DNA of 64,000 nt from an uncultured delta proteobacterium (GCA_963782055.1 CAWAIF010000003.1:5536001-5600000); one strand, 5' to 3'. Shown: positions 44,598-54,264, counted from the first letter of the stretch. Notes: generated by a model from the sequence alone, not told the origin. Numbers and translations are program-made.

Positions 44598-45738
44598 TCA
44601 CGCGATTCTGGTCGGCCACCAGCTCGCCGATGGCGAGCGCGGCGGTCAGCCCCGGCGACTCGATGCCCAGCAGGTTGACCCACCCGGGCATGCCGCGGTC
44701 GCTCTCCTCCTGCACGACGAAGTCGCGCGCCGGGTCGCCCGCGCGCCCGAGCTTGGGACGGATGCCCGCCTGGTCGGGCTCCAGGTCCTCCTCGCGCAGG
44801 CCGTCGAGATAGCGCGACGCGGCCGCGGCGAACGCCGCCCGGCGGGACGCGTCGACGCGGTAGTCGAGCGCGCGGCCCGCGATGGACTCCACGTCCGGCC
44901 CGAGCTTCACCCCGCCGTCGCGCTCCACCGTCGCGTGCACACCGAGCCCGGCGAGATCGCGCGGGGGCACCGGGTACACCAGGTGGGTCACCGCCGGCGC
45001 GCCGCGCACCCGGAAGTACGAGCCCTTCACCAACCGCTGCCTGTAGCCGGTGGCGTCGACGTCGACGCCCGCCATCGCGGCGACGCGGTCGGCGTCCAGG
45101 CCCGCGGCGTTGACGACGTGCGCGGCGTCCAGCTCCATGGCCCCGCCGGAGGGGTCGCGCAGCTCCAGCCGCCAGGCGCTCGCGACACGTGTGACGCGGA
45201 CCAGCTCGTGACGGTAGGCCACCTCGCACGCCGCGGCCTTCGCGGCGGCGGCGAGGCTCGCCATCAGCTCGTGCGCGTCCACGATACCCGAGCTCTCCGA
45301 GAAGAGCCCCGAGACGCCACGAACCCGCGGCTCCAGGCGCACGACCTCGCCGGCCGAGACGCGCCGGAGCGTGACGCCGCACGCCTCCGCGCGCGCCCGG
45401 ATGGCGTCGAGATCGCCCTCCTCCGCGGACGAGGCGGCGATCACCAGCTTGCCCACGCGGCGCACGAACACCTCGTGACGCGCGCACCACGCGTAGAGCA
45501 GCGCGTTCCCGCGGACGCATAGCCGGGCCTTGAGCGACCCGGGCCGGTAGTAGATGCCGGCGTGGACGACCTGCGAGTTGCGAGAGCTCGTCTCCTGCCC
45601 GAACCGCGCGTGGCGCTCCACCACCACGCAGGCTCGCCCGGCGCGCGCCAGCCGCTCCGCACACGCGAGGCCCACCACGCCGGCGCCCAGCACGGCGACG
45701 TCGCACTGGACTCGCGCGGTGGACATGGCCGGCAGCAT
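44598..45738 (-). CDS. FAD-dependent oxidoreductase, L-2-hydroxyglutarate oxidase (LhgO)-like; 3' end ambiguous
   Basis: GAGVVG, ETSSRNSQVVHAGIYY, VVNAAGL.AD, GVHAT, GIRPK and GIESPGLTA. No in-frame stop at the family's natural end (see finding). Confidence 0.85.
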
Positions 45739-45768
45739 GCAGGCCAGCTCGGGGCCGTGGCAAGGTGC

Positions 45769-46161
45769 TCAGGCGCCGAGCGCCCGCCTGATCTTGCGCT
45801 CCAGAGCCGCCAGGTTGACCGGCTTGGTGATGTAGTGACGCGCGCCGGCCTGGATGCCCCGGATGAGGTCGTGCGCGTTGTCGCGTCCGGTGAGGAAGAT
45901 GAGCGGGACCTTGCGCTTGGCCTGACGGCGGATGAGGTGCGCCATCGAGAGCCCGTCGAGTCGGGGCATGCCGATGTCGGCGATGATGAGGTCGGGGCCG
46001 GGGTCGCCGGTCGCCAGCCGCAGACCATCCACGCCGTTGGTCGCGAGGTCCACCTCGTAGTCCTCCGACAAGAGGCGGGCGAGCATCGGGCCAGCGATCG
46101 CGTCGTCGTCGACTACCAGGATCCGGCGGTGAGGTGTCGGGGGCATCGATTGCGCTTCCAT
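45769..46161 (-). CDS. Single-domain response regulator (receiver)
   Basis: ILVVDDD, DIGMPRLDG, FLTG and YITKP. Confidence 0.88.
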   Translation of the reverse strand: MEAQSMPPTPHRRILVVDDDAIAGPMLARLLSEDYEVDLATNGVDGLRLATGDPGPDLIIADIGMPRLDGLSMAHLIRRQAKRKVPLIFLTGRDNAHDLIRGIQAGARHYITKPVNLAALERKIRRALGA

Positions 46162-46388
46162 GACGGACAACATCGCAACGGGCGTGCCGACCAGGACCCC
46201 CAAAAGGATCACGGCGAAATGTGGCGTCGGAGGCGAACCGGCTGCGGCCACGCCGCAGCGATGTCGCCATCAGTCGTACGGTCGAGCCGAGGGGCGACCC
46301 GCAAGAGCCACAACCTGCCACGGAAAGGCCGTGGCCCGCAGGCGCTGCGCGGCGTTGGCGCGGCGTGACCATTGCACGGGCTCTTGCC

Positions 46389-47654
46389 ATGCACGCGGGA
46401 CAGCTGAAGCATCACGTCAGCGGGGAGATCGCCCGCGCCCCGCTCTACCCGCCGGCGCTCGCCGAGTCGCTCCTCCACGCGATGCGCTCGCACCCGGTGT
46501 GGACGTTCCTGCCCACGCTCCGCGCCACCGACCCGGCCGTCGCGCGAGCCAACCGGCAGAGTCTGGAGCGCGGCGCGCCGCTGCCCACGCAGTCGGAGCT
46601 GCGCGTGCTGCTGGAGGCCGCCTTCCTCGGCGGGCTTCTCGAGGAGGAGGGCCGCCGGGCCACCTTCACGCTGGCGTACGTGTCGCCCGCGGCCATCGCT
46701 CCGACCGACCACGAGGCGCTCGTCTTCGCGCGGCCGGTCCCGCTGCGCCCCCAGGCCATCGCCAAGCTGGCCCCCGCCACGCAACCGGACCGCACCTTCC
46801 TCGGCGTCTACCCCGACGCGACGGGCGCGCTGGCGATCTGGGGGCTGGTGCACCGCGGCGACCGTGCCCCGGCGATCGACACCGAGATGCGCGCGCCCTT
46901 CCTGCAGATCCGCGTCCACCGCCCGGGCACGATCAGCGTCTACTACATCGGGCGCCTCATGCTCCTGTACTCGCGTGGCGAGGCGCACTTCTTCGGCGAC
47001 GCGCTGGACCTCGCCGGCAGGCTCCAGCAGCGCGCGCATCTGCGACGCAACGTCTCGGAGGCACTCTGCCGGATCGCCCGGCGGATGCTCGCTCACGGCC
47101 GCGGTGGCACGCTCCTCGTCGTCCACGCCGGACGCCGGCCCGCGCGGGTGACACTGAACCGGTCCTTCGCGCCGGAGGCGGCGAGCGCGCGCCACCTGCT
47201 CGCGCGGGCGATGAGCAGCCACGAGGCCGCGGTGACGGGGGAGCTCCCTCACCTGGCCGCGGACCAGGCGGTGCTGCACCGCAAGCACCTGGAGCGGCGC
47301 CACGAGGAGGCGCTCTGGTTCGTGGCCCAGCTCACCGCTGTGGACGGCGCGACGGTGGTAGGCGACGACCTGTGCGTGCTCGGCTTCGGCGCGCAGATCC
47401 AGACGGGCGGCCGCTCCGACGACATCCTGATCACCGTGGAGAACGTCTACACCGGTGTGCAGCGGCCCGCCGACCTCGCCGAGTTCAACGGCAGCCGCCA
47501 CCGCTCGGCGATCCACTTCTGCGCGAGTCAGCCCGCCGGGCACCTCGCGCTCGCGCTCGTCGCGTCGCACGACGGGGACATCTCGGTGTTCTTGCGGGAG
47601 GGGGAGCACCAGGTGACGGCGATGCGGAGCTTCGAGCTGGGGATTGGGATCTGA
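46389..47654 (+). CDS. Soluble diadenylate cyclase (DisA_N/DAC domain) with a DACNV-like N-terminal sensor domain
   Basis: LTAVDGATV (DGA) and GSRHRSA (RHR) catalytic motifs, HGRGGTLLV, ASHDG; N-terminal EEEGR and IWG motifs. Confidence 0.85.
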   Translation: MHAGQLKHHVSGEIARAPLYPPALAESLLHAMRSHPVWTFLPTLRATDPAVARANRQSLERGAPLPTQSELRVLLEAAFLGGLLEEEGRRATFTLAYVSPAAIAPTDHEALVFARPVPLRPQAIAKLAPATQPDRTFLGVYPDATGALAIWGLVHRGDRAPAIDTEMRAPFLQIRVHRPGTISVYYIGRLMLLYSRGEAHFFGDALDLAGRLQQRAHLRRNVSEALCRIARRMLAHGRGGTLLVVHAGRRPARVTLNRSFAPEAASARHLLARAMSSHEAAVTGELPHLAADQAVLHRKHLERRHEEALWFVAQLTAVDGATVVGDDLCVLGFGAQIQTGGRSDDILITVENVYTGVQRPADLAEFNGSRHRSAIHFCASQPAGHLALALVASHDGDISVFLREGEHQVTAMRSFELGIGI

Positions 47655-48037
47655 GAGGATGTGAACTTCGTTCACATCCCTCTCAGGACTGCCTGGGAGG
47701 GGCGGCACGCGCCCCCCCTCCCCGCGCAAGTGAATTGCGCGGGGCCCCTCCCCACGCGGGCCCTCCGCTACGCGTCGGGCGTTGCGACCGGGGAGGATGT
47801 GAACTTCGTTCACATCCCTCTCAGGACTGCCTGGGAGGGGCGGCACGCGCCCCCCCTCCCCGCGCAAGTGAATTGCGCGGGGCCCCTCCCCACGCGGGCC
47901 CTCCGCTACGCGTCGGGCGTTGCGACCGGGGAGGATGTGAACTTCGTTCACATCCCTCTCAGGACTGCCTGGGAGGGGCGGCACGCGCCCCCCTCCCCAC
48001 GCGGGCCCTCCGCTGCGCGTCGGGCTTCGCGGGGGGT
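47655..48037. repeat. 138-bp palindromic tandem repeat (two full copies plus one internally deleted copy), BIME/REP-like
   Basis: Units start at 47655, 47793 and 47931; hairpins GGATGTGAAC-TTC-GTTCACATCC and CCCCGCGCAA-GTGAA-TTGCGCGGGG. Confidence 0.92.
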
Positions 48038-49056
48038 CAGGGCTTGCGGATCCCCAGGAGCTCCTCCTTGAAGTCGCGGGTCACCAGGAGCTTCAGCGCA
48101 TCGAGCAGCGGCCGGCCCTGATGAAGCACGTGGTAGACCTGCTCGGTGATGGGCATGTCCACGCCGAGGCGGCGCGCCAGCTCGTACGTCGCCGCGGAGG
48201 TGTAGAAGCCCTCCGCCACCGAGCGGCGACTCGCCAGGTACTTCTGCGGGTCCACGCCCTGCGCCACCTGGATGCCCAGCTCGTGGTTGCGTGAGAGGGA
48301 GCCGGTGCAGGTGAGCACCAGGTCGCCCACGCCCGCCATGCCGAGGAAGGTGAGCGGATCCCCGCCGAGGGCCACGCCCAGACGGGAGATCTCGGCCAGG
48401 CCGCGGGTGATGAGGGCGGCGCGCGCGTTGGTGCCGAGCCCGAGCGCCTCGCACGCGCCGGCGGCGACGGCGATGACGTTCTTCACCGAGCCGCCCACCT
48501 GCACCCCCACAGGGTCGGCGCTGGTGTAGACGCGGAAGAGCGGCGAGTGGAGCGTGCGCTGGACGAATCCGGCGGCCTCCGCGCTCTTCGAGGCGACCAC
48601 CACGTCGGTCGGCAGGCCGGTCGCCACCTCCCGCGCGAAGCTGGGGCCAGAGACGAAGCACAGACGGTCCGGGGCGACGGCGGGCATCGTCTCGGCGAGC
48701 ACCTCCGACATGAGCTCGAGCGAGCCCTCCTCGATGCCCTTGGAGGCGACGGCCACGATCGCCCCCGGTGGCACGTGCGGCGCGGCCACCGTGGAGACCG
48801 CGCGCATGTGCTTGGAGGGCGGCACCAGGATGACCAGCTCGGCGCCCTTCAGCGTGGCGGCGACGTCGCTGGACGCGACGATGGACTGCGGCAGCTTGAT
48901 GCCGGCGAGATAGACGCTGTTCTCGTGCCCCGCGTTGACGTCGCGCGCGACCTCCGGCTCGTGCGACCACGCCGACACCTCGTGACCGATGCGCGCGGCG
49001 TGCGCGGCGAGCGCGGTTCCCCAGGCCCCCAGGCCGATGACGGCGACCTTGCTCAT
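48037..49056 (-). CDS. gpsA: NAD(P)H-dependent glycerol-3-phosphate dehydrogenase
   Basis: GLGAWGTALA, SKGIE, SGPSFA.EV, KNVIA, GDLVLTC..SRN and VAEG. Confidence 0.96.
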   Translation of the reverse strand: MSKVAVIGLGAWGTALAAHAARIGHEVSAWSHEPEVARDVNAGHENSVYLAGIKLPQSIVASSDVAATLKGAELVILVPPSKHMRAVSTVAAPHVPPGAIVAVASKGIEEGSLELMSEVLAETMPAVAPDRLCFVSGPSFAREVATGLPTDVVVASKSAEAAGFVQRTLHSPLFRVYTSADPVGVQVGGSVKNVIAVAAGACEALGLGTNARAALITRGLAEISRLGVALGGDPLTFLGMAGVGDLVLTCTGSLSRNHELGIQVAQGVDPQKYLASRRSVAEGFYTSAATYELARRLGVDMPITEQVYHVLHQGRPLLDALKLLVTRDFKEELLGIRKP

Positions 49057-49147
49057 GGCCCGTTCGTTCTAAATCAGCGTGCGCGCTTCGGCTACGCCGA
49101 ACGCGACTTTCTTGGCCCGGATCGCGCCGGTGGTCTAGCGCAGACGG

Positions 49148-49321
49148 ATGCCCGCCGAGCCCACGCGCGCCCGCACGATCCTGCCCCCGCCGGGGGAGGT
49201 GTCGATGGACGCGATGCTGCGGGCGATCACGACGCGCCCGGAGCCGCCGCGACGCGAGGATTGCGCGCCGCCGGAGGACAACCGGCCGACCGTGCCGTGC
49301 CCCCTCTTGCCGGGCTGGTAG
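49148..49321 (+). CDS. Possible small Pro-rich protein (57 aa)
   Basis: ATG..TAG ORF MPAEPTRARTILPPPGEVSMDAML...PGW fills the gap and ends 15 bp before the SDR start. Confidence 0.35.
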   Translation: MPAEPTRARTILPPPGEVSMDAMLRAITTRPEPPRREDCAPPEDNRPTVPCPLLPGW

Positions 49322-49336
49322 GCTATCGTCCTCCGC

Positions 49337-50116
49337 ATGAGGGACAAGGTCATCGTCATCACCGGCGCCAGCGCGGGCATCGGCGCCGCCCTGGCCCAGC
49401 TCGTCGGCTCGCGCGGGGCGCGCCCGGTCCTGGTCGCGCGTCGCGAGCCGGAGCTCGAGGCCGTCGCCGCGCGCTCCGGCCCGGGCGCGCTGGTCGTCGT
49501 CGCCGACGTCACCCGCCGCGCAGACCACGAGCGCGTCCTTCGCGAGGCCATCGCCCACGCCGGCCACGTCGACGTGTGGGTCAACAACGCCGGACGCGGC
49601 ATCAGCCGCACCGTCTCCGAGCTGACCGACGAGGACCTCGACGAGATGATGCTGGTCAACGTCAAGTCCGCGCTTTACGGCATGCAGGCGGTGCTGCCGC
49701 ACTTCCTCGAGCGCGGCGCCGGCCACATCGTCAACGTCTCCTCGATGCTCGGCCGCGTCCCCTTCGCGCCGATCCGCTCCGCGTACTCCGCCGCCAAGCA
49801 CGCCCTCAACGCGCTGACCGCGAGCCTGCGCATGGAGCTGCGCGCCGACCATCCCGGCATCCACGTGACCACCGTCAGCCCCGGCGTCGTCGCGACCGAG
49901 TTCGGCAAGAACGCGGTCCACGGCGGGATGGACTCGCGCCAGCTCCCCAACGCCCAGACGGCCGAGCAGGTCGCCGAGGTGATCGCCGGCGTCATCGAGG
50001 CCCCGCGCGCCGACGTCTACACGCGGCCCGGCGCGCGGGAGATGGTCGCCGGTTACTTCGCCGCCGAGGACATGGCCGCCGCCGAGGCGGGCATGATGAT
50101 GCCCGTCCGGCGGTGA
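49337..50116 (+). CDS. Short-chain dehydrogenase/reductase
   Basis: TGASAGIG, NNAG, NVSS, YSAAK and PG..ATEF. Confidence 0.94.
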   Translation: MRDKVIVITGASAGIGAALAQLVGSRGARPVLVARREPELEAVAARSGPGALVVVADVTRRADHERVLREAIAHAGHVDVWVNNAGRGISRTVSELTDEDLDEMMLVNVKSALYGMQAVLPHFLERGAGHIVNVSSMLGRVPFAPIRSAYSAAKHALNALTASLRMELRADHPGIHVTTVSPGVVATEFGKNAVHGGMDSRQLPNAQTAEQVAEVIAGVIEAPRADVYTRPGAREMVAGYFAAEDMAAAEAGMMMPVRR

Positions 50117-50124
50117 CCGGCGCC

Positions 50125-50400
50125 TCACGGGAGCGCGTCGAAGAGCGGGAGCGCGGCGGGCGCGGGGTAGAAGGCGACGTCGGCGGCGTAGCCGATGTCG
50201 GTGCTCGTGATGATGGTCTCGGGCACGGTCGGGTTGCCCGTGTTGGTGCTCACCGTGAGCTGGGTCGGCGAGAAGCGCGCGAGCTTGCCCGCGCTGTAGG
50301 CCACCCAGAGCCCACCGCCCTCGTCGAAGGCGAAGCCGGCGGGGATGGCGCTCACGTCGATCGCCATCACCACCTTCGCGGTGGCCACCTTGTCCCCGAG
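50125..50400 (-). pseudogene. C-terminal remnant of a beta-propeller (NHL-like) protein
   Basis: GFAFDEGGGLWVAYSAGKLARFSP...IGYAADVAFYP looks like the final blades of a propeller, but there is no N-terminal part or signal peptide. Confidence 0.55.
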
Positions 50401-50446
50401 CGCCCTGCGCTTGCGCGGTGCCCGCCCCGGCGGTCTACTGGAAGGG

Positions 50447-51460
50447 ATGGACCCGTCCGATCTGGACCGAGCGGCCGAGCTCCTCGTCCGGAGCGTACTC
50501 GAGCTCCAGCCGGACGAGCGCCTCCTCGTCATCTGCGACGAGGGCACGCGCGGCGCCGGCGACGCCATCCTCGGGGCGGGAGAGCTGGCGGGGGCGTTCG
50601 CGAAGCTGGTCGTCCTCGATCGCACCGCCGGCCCGCTGCGCTTCCTGCCGGAGGCCATCTCCCAGTCGCTCTCGGCGTGCGACGCCAGCGTATTTGTCGC
50701 GCTCTCCCTCCCACGAGAGATCTCGGCCCGCCAGCAGATCCTCCACAAGGTGCGCGAGCTGGGCATCCGCCACGCGCACATGCCGGGCATCGACGAGAGC
50801 GCCTTCATCCGCGGCGTGTCGATGGACTACCAGCGCGTCGCGGCCGCGGGCGCGGCGCTCCTGGCCCGGATCGAGGAGAAGCGGGTGCTGGAGGCGACGA
50901 GCGACTCCGGCACCAGCCTGCGGGTGGCGCTCGCGCACGACGCCCGGTGGCACGCGCAGCTCGGCACCATCCGCCGCGGCAAGTGGGGGAACCTGCCGGC
51001 GGGCGCGCTCTACGCGTCGCCCGAGTGGGTGAGCGGCACCTTCGTCGCCGACGCGTGCGTGGGGGAGTTCTTCGGCGAGCGGGAGGGCGTGCTGCTCGAG
51101 AAGCCGGTCGCCTTCACCATCGAGTCCGGTCGCGTGACGCGCGTCGAGGGCCCGGAGCTCCTCGCCGCCGACATCCGGGCGATGCTCCAGTTCGGCACCA
51201 ACTCCGATCGCGTGGGCCTGGTGTGCCTGGGCGTCAACGAGGGGATCGGCGCGCCGACCGGCCGCGCCATCATCGACCAGAACCGGCCCGGGATGCACAT
51301 CGTCATCGGCAATCCCGCGGCACGCTCGACCGGCGCGCGGTGGTCGGCGCCGACGTGCTTCGGCGCGTGCCAGGCGCGCGGGTCGGTGGCCGCCGGCCGC
51401 GCCATGATCGTGGAGCGCGGCCGCCTCCAGCTCACCCCCGCGGCCCCCCTCTCCACCTGA
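50447..51460 (+). CDS. M29-type (aminopeptidase T-like) protein, metal ligands degenerate
   Basis: HAHMPGI, GNLPAG, GTFVAD, LGVN and GMHIVIG fold motifs. Confidence 0.75.
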   Translation: MDPSDLDRAAELLVRSVLELQPDERLLVICDEGTRGAGDAILGAGELAGAFAKLVVLDRTAGPLRFLPEAISQSLSACDASVFVALSLPREISARQQILHKVRELGIRHAHMPGIDESAFIRGVSMDYQRVAAAGAALLARIEEKRVLEATSDSGTSLRVALAHDARWHAQLGTIRRGKWGNLPAGALYASPEWVSGTFVADACVGEFFGEREGVLLEKPVAFTIESGRVTRVEGPELLAADIRAMLQFGTNSDRVGLVCLGVNEGIGAPTGRAIIDQNRPGMHIVIGNPAARSTGARWSAPTCFGACQARGSVAAGRAMIVERGRLQLTPAAPLST

Positions 51461-51512
51461 CCCCCCCCAGCCCGCCCTCTCCCCGTGAGGAAGAGGGGGG
51501 AGACAAGAGCGA
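51460..51512. repeat. REP-like palindrome between convergent genes
   Basis: CCCCCCCCAGCCCGCCCTCTCCCC-GTGA-GGAAGAGGGGGG, similar to the 8600 element. Confidence 0.5.
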
Positions 51513-51515
51513 GAG

Positions 51516-52814
51516 TCAGGGTGATGGGAGAGCGTCCAGGCGGAGGCGCCATGTCCAGGTGTGGGCAGACATGGAGCGGGCGGTGGCGGCGTCGACGACC
51601 TCGACGCCGAGCTCCTGGGCGTCGACGAAGACGAGACGGCCAGTGGTGCGTCCCTGCGGCGGCGTGAAGCGCACCCGCTTGCCGCTGGCGACGTCCAGCA
51701 CGTCCACCGCGGAGCGGTCCGGCTGCAGCCACACGCGCCAGGCCACGTGTCCGCCGCCGGCGATGGGATCCGGCATCAGCTGGGCGCTGGTGGGTGCGAG
51801 CCGACGCGGGGAGGGCGCCGCGGCGGCGAGCGGCGCGGAGAAGAGGTCGATGCCGGTGTAGTGGTTGTTCTTGTCCCGCCCCCGACCTTGCAGGAAGTAG
51901 ACGGTGGCGCCATCCAGCGCAGGCGCGCTCACGCCGCCGCCCGCGGGCGGCGCGTACCAGACCGCCGGCGGGGAGCTGCCGCGCTGGATGCCGACGACCT
52001 CTGGGATGGAGTCGGCGAGGAAGAGCGTCGTGTCGCCGCGCGCGACGGCGTGACCGATGGTGCTGCGGAAGGCGGGCCCCGCGCGCCACGTCGTGAAGTC
52101 GCCGGTGGACGGGGAGGAGCGCAGCACTCGCTCGCGGGCGTCGACGGCGCGGACGGACCTGCCGGCGAGGGCGAAGGGCTGGTCGAGGATGGTCTCGCCG
52201 AGCTTCGCCTCGGAGATGCGCGCGGCGGGCGCGGCCCACGCGGGCGACGGCGCGAACGGACCGGCGAGGAAGTCGAACTGGTGCGCGGTCGCGATCTCCA
52301 GCGCCGCGCCGTCGGCGCCGACGACCATCGGTCCGGCCGCGGTGCCGGTCGGACACTTCAGCTTCATCACGAGGCGCGGAGGCCCGTCGGGCGGGCCGAG
52401 GACGTAGCGCTCGCCGTCGCCGGAGAAGAGGACCGTGCTACGAATCATCACAATCGTGCCACCGTCGGCGAAGGCGCCCGTCGCGAAGAGCAGCGTCTGC
52501 GGATCGGGGGCGCCGAGCTCCTGACAGGCGCCCGCGGGGAGCCCGGTGCCCGCGCACGGGCGCCACACGATGCCGGTGGCCGCGTGCGCGGCGTCGTCGG
52601 CGATCTGCAACCGGCAACCGTCGACCGTGTGCGTCGTCCAGGTCGACGGCGCTGACGCCTCCACGCCGCCGTCGACGGGCGCGGGCGCCGTGGACGCGCC
52701 CGCCTCCACCGAAACTCGCGGGGATGCGTGCGGCCGGCACGCCGCGAACAGCAGGGTCAAGGCGGTGAGGACTCGCACGACGCGCAGGGTGCGCCATCCG
52801 GCGGTGGAACGCAT
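51516..52814 (-). CDS. Hypothetical lipoprotein, probably beta-propeller-like
   Basis: LFAAC lipobox followed by a beta-rich domain; only the 3' part of the 1509-aa ORF looks real. Confidence 0.7.
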   Translation of the reverse strand: MRSTAGWRTLRVVRVLTALTLLFAACRPHASPRVSVEAGASTAPAPVDGGVEASAPSTWTTHTVDGCRLQIADDAAHAATGIVWRPCAGTGLPAGACQELGAPDPQTLLFATGAFADGGTIVMIRSTVLFSGDGERYVLGPPDGPPRLVMKLKCPTGTAAGPMVVGADGAALEIATAHQFDFLAGPFAPSPAWAAPAARISEAKLGETILDQPFALAGRSVRAVDARERVLRSSPSTGDFTTWRAGPAFRSTIGHAVARGDTTLFLADSIPEVVGIQRGSSPPAVWYAPPAGGGVSAPALDGATVYFLQGRGRDKNNHYTGIDLFSAPLAAAAPSPRRLAPTSAQLMPDPIAGGGHVAWRVWLQPDRSAVDVLDVASGKRVRFTPPQGRTTGRLVFVDAQELGVEVVDAATARSMSAHTWTWRLRLDALPSP

Positions 52815-52889
52815 GCCCGTTGGAGTCCCGCCGCGCGCCGGAGTTCCGCACCGGGGGGAACTTCGCGCGCGCCGCGCGGTCCGTTCCTC

Positions 52890-54236
52890 GTGAGACTCCG
52901 GCCCCTTCCGCCCGCCCTGCAGTCTTCCCGCGAGGGCGCACGCCGCGCCGCGCACGGCCCGTGGCTGGAGGCGACGCTCCTCTGGTGCGGCGATCCCCTG
53001 CGGGTGATCCACGTCGCCCCTCGCGCCACGCTCACCGCCGCAGACCTGGACGTCCCGGAGACCGAAGGCGCGGACCTGAGCGCGCCGCTGGTGCTGCCCG
53101 CGGCGCTCGGCGAACGCACCGTCACGGAGCTCGGCGCGCTGACGCTGCGCCTCGCGCTCGTGGAGGGCGCGCCGCCTCCCGCGCGACGGCGGCCGGAGCC
53201 CGCGCCGCTGCTCGGCACGCTGTCGTCGATCCTCGCCCACGCCCTCGCCGCGCTCGTACTGCTCTGGGGCCACGCGGCGGCCGGCGCGCAGGACGACGTG
53301 GTCACGGGCGATCAGGTCCACGTCATGCGGCGCTACCTGGAGGCGAGCGACGGGCGTGATCTCCCGCCGCGCGAGGGACCGGCGCTCGGCGCGGGCCCGC
53401 TGACGGAGGGAACGCCCGGCGGCACCGGCACGCGCGCGCGCGGCGAGGAGGGACGCATGGGCGTCGCCGGTCCGCACCTGCCGCGCTACGCGCTCGCCGG
53501 AGACGCGCGCGCGGCCCGCCGCGTGGACCGTGACAACGCGCTGCTCGAGGCGCGCGACTTCGGGATCATCGGCGTGATCGCGGCGCCGGAGCAGGGTGGT
53601 GGGCCGGCGTGGACCGACCCCGTCGACGCGCGCGGCGGCCTCTGGGGCGGCGACCTCGGTGACGCGATGGGCACCGGCGGCCTGGGCCTGAGCGGCACCG
53701 GCGAGGAAGGCGGCGGGAGGGGCGCGGGCGTCGGCCTGGGCGCCATCGGCACCGTGGGCCACGGCCGCGGGTCGGGGAGCGCGATGGAGAGCGGCGCGGG
53801 CGGCGTCGGCGGCACCTGCGACGACTCCTGCGTGGGGGGCAACCTCGGCCACGGGTCCGGCACCGGCGTCGCGGTGCGCTGGCATCGCGTGGGCGCCGTC
53901 GTCACGTGCGCCGCGGACGGGACCGGCGGGTGCGCCACCTCGGTGAGCGGGCGACTCCCGCCGGAGGTGATCCAGCGGGTGGTGCGCCAGAGCTTCGGCC
54001 GCTTCCGTTACTGCTACGAATCCGCGCTGCGGCGGAACCCTTCGGCCGCCGGGCGCGTGACGACGCGCTTCGTGATCGCGCGCGACGGGAGCGTCGGCGC
54101 GGTCACCGGCGCGAGCTCCGACCTGGCGCCGGACGTGGTCGGGTGCGTCCAGAACGCCTTCGGCTCCCTCTCCTTCCCCCAGCCGGCGGGGGGCGTGGTC
54201 ACCGTCACCTACCCCATCACCTTCACGCCCGATTGA
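52890..54236 (+). CDS. AgmX/PglI C-terminal (TonB-C-like) domain protein
   Basis: TM, GTRARGEEGRMG, Gly-rich GTGGLGLSGTGEEGGG linker and GRLPPEVIQRVVRQ.FGRFRYCYE...VTYPITF. Start uncertain. Confidence 0.8.
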   Translation: MRLRPLPPALQSSREGARRAAHGPWLEATLLWCGDPLRVIHVAPRATLTAADLDVPETEGADLSAPLVLPAALGERTVTELGALTLRLALVEGAPPPARRRPEPAPLLGTLSSILAHALAALVLLWGHAAAGAQDDVVTGDQVHVMRRYLEASDGRDLPPREGPALGAGPLTEGTPGGTGTRARGEEGRMGVAGPHLPRYALAGDARAARRVDRDNALLEARDFGIIGVIAAPEQGGGPAWTDPVDARGGLWGGDLGDAMGTGGLGLSGTGEEGGGRGAGVGLGAIGTVGHGRGSGSAMESGAGGVGGTCDDSCVGGNLGHGSGTGVAVRWHRVGAVVTCAADGTGGCATSVSGRLPPEVIQRVVRQSFGRFRYCYESALRRNPSAAGRVTTRFVIARDGSVGAVTGASSDLAPDVVGCVQNAFGSLSFPQPAGGVVTVTYPITFTPD

Positions 54237-54264
54237 GAGACCATCTGCCCCAGCCCGGCGTGCC

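Noticed and set aside
47655..48037. CRISPR array
   Set aside because: Whole 138-bp units repeat with no unique spacers, and no cas genes are present.
47661..48071. 136-aa ORF with a repeated 46-aa peptide (possible RiPP precursor)
   Set aside because: It is a by-product of the 3n-length palindromic DNA repeat; there are no modification enzymes nearby and the repeat is better explained by its hairpins.
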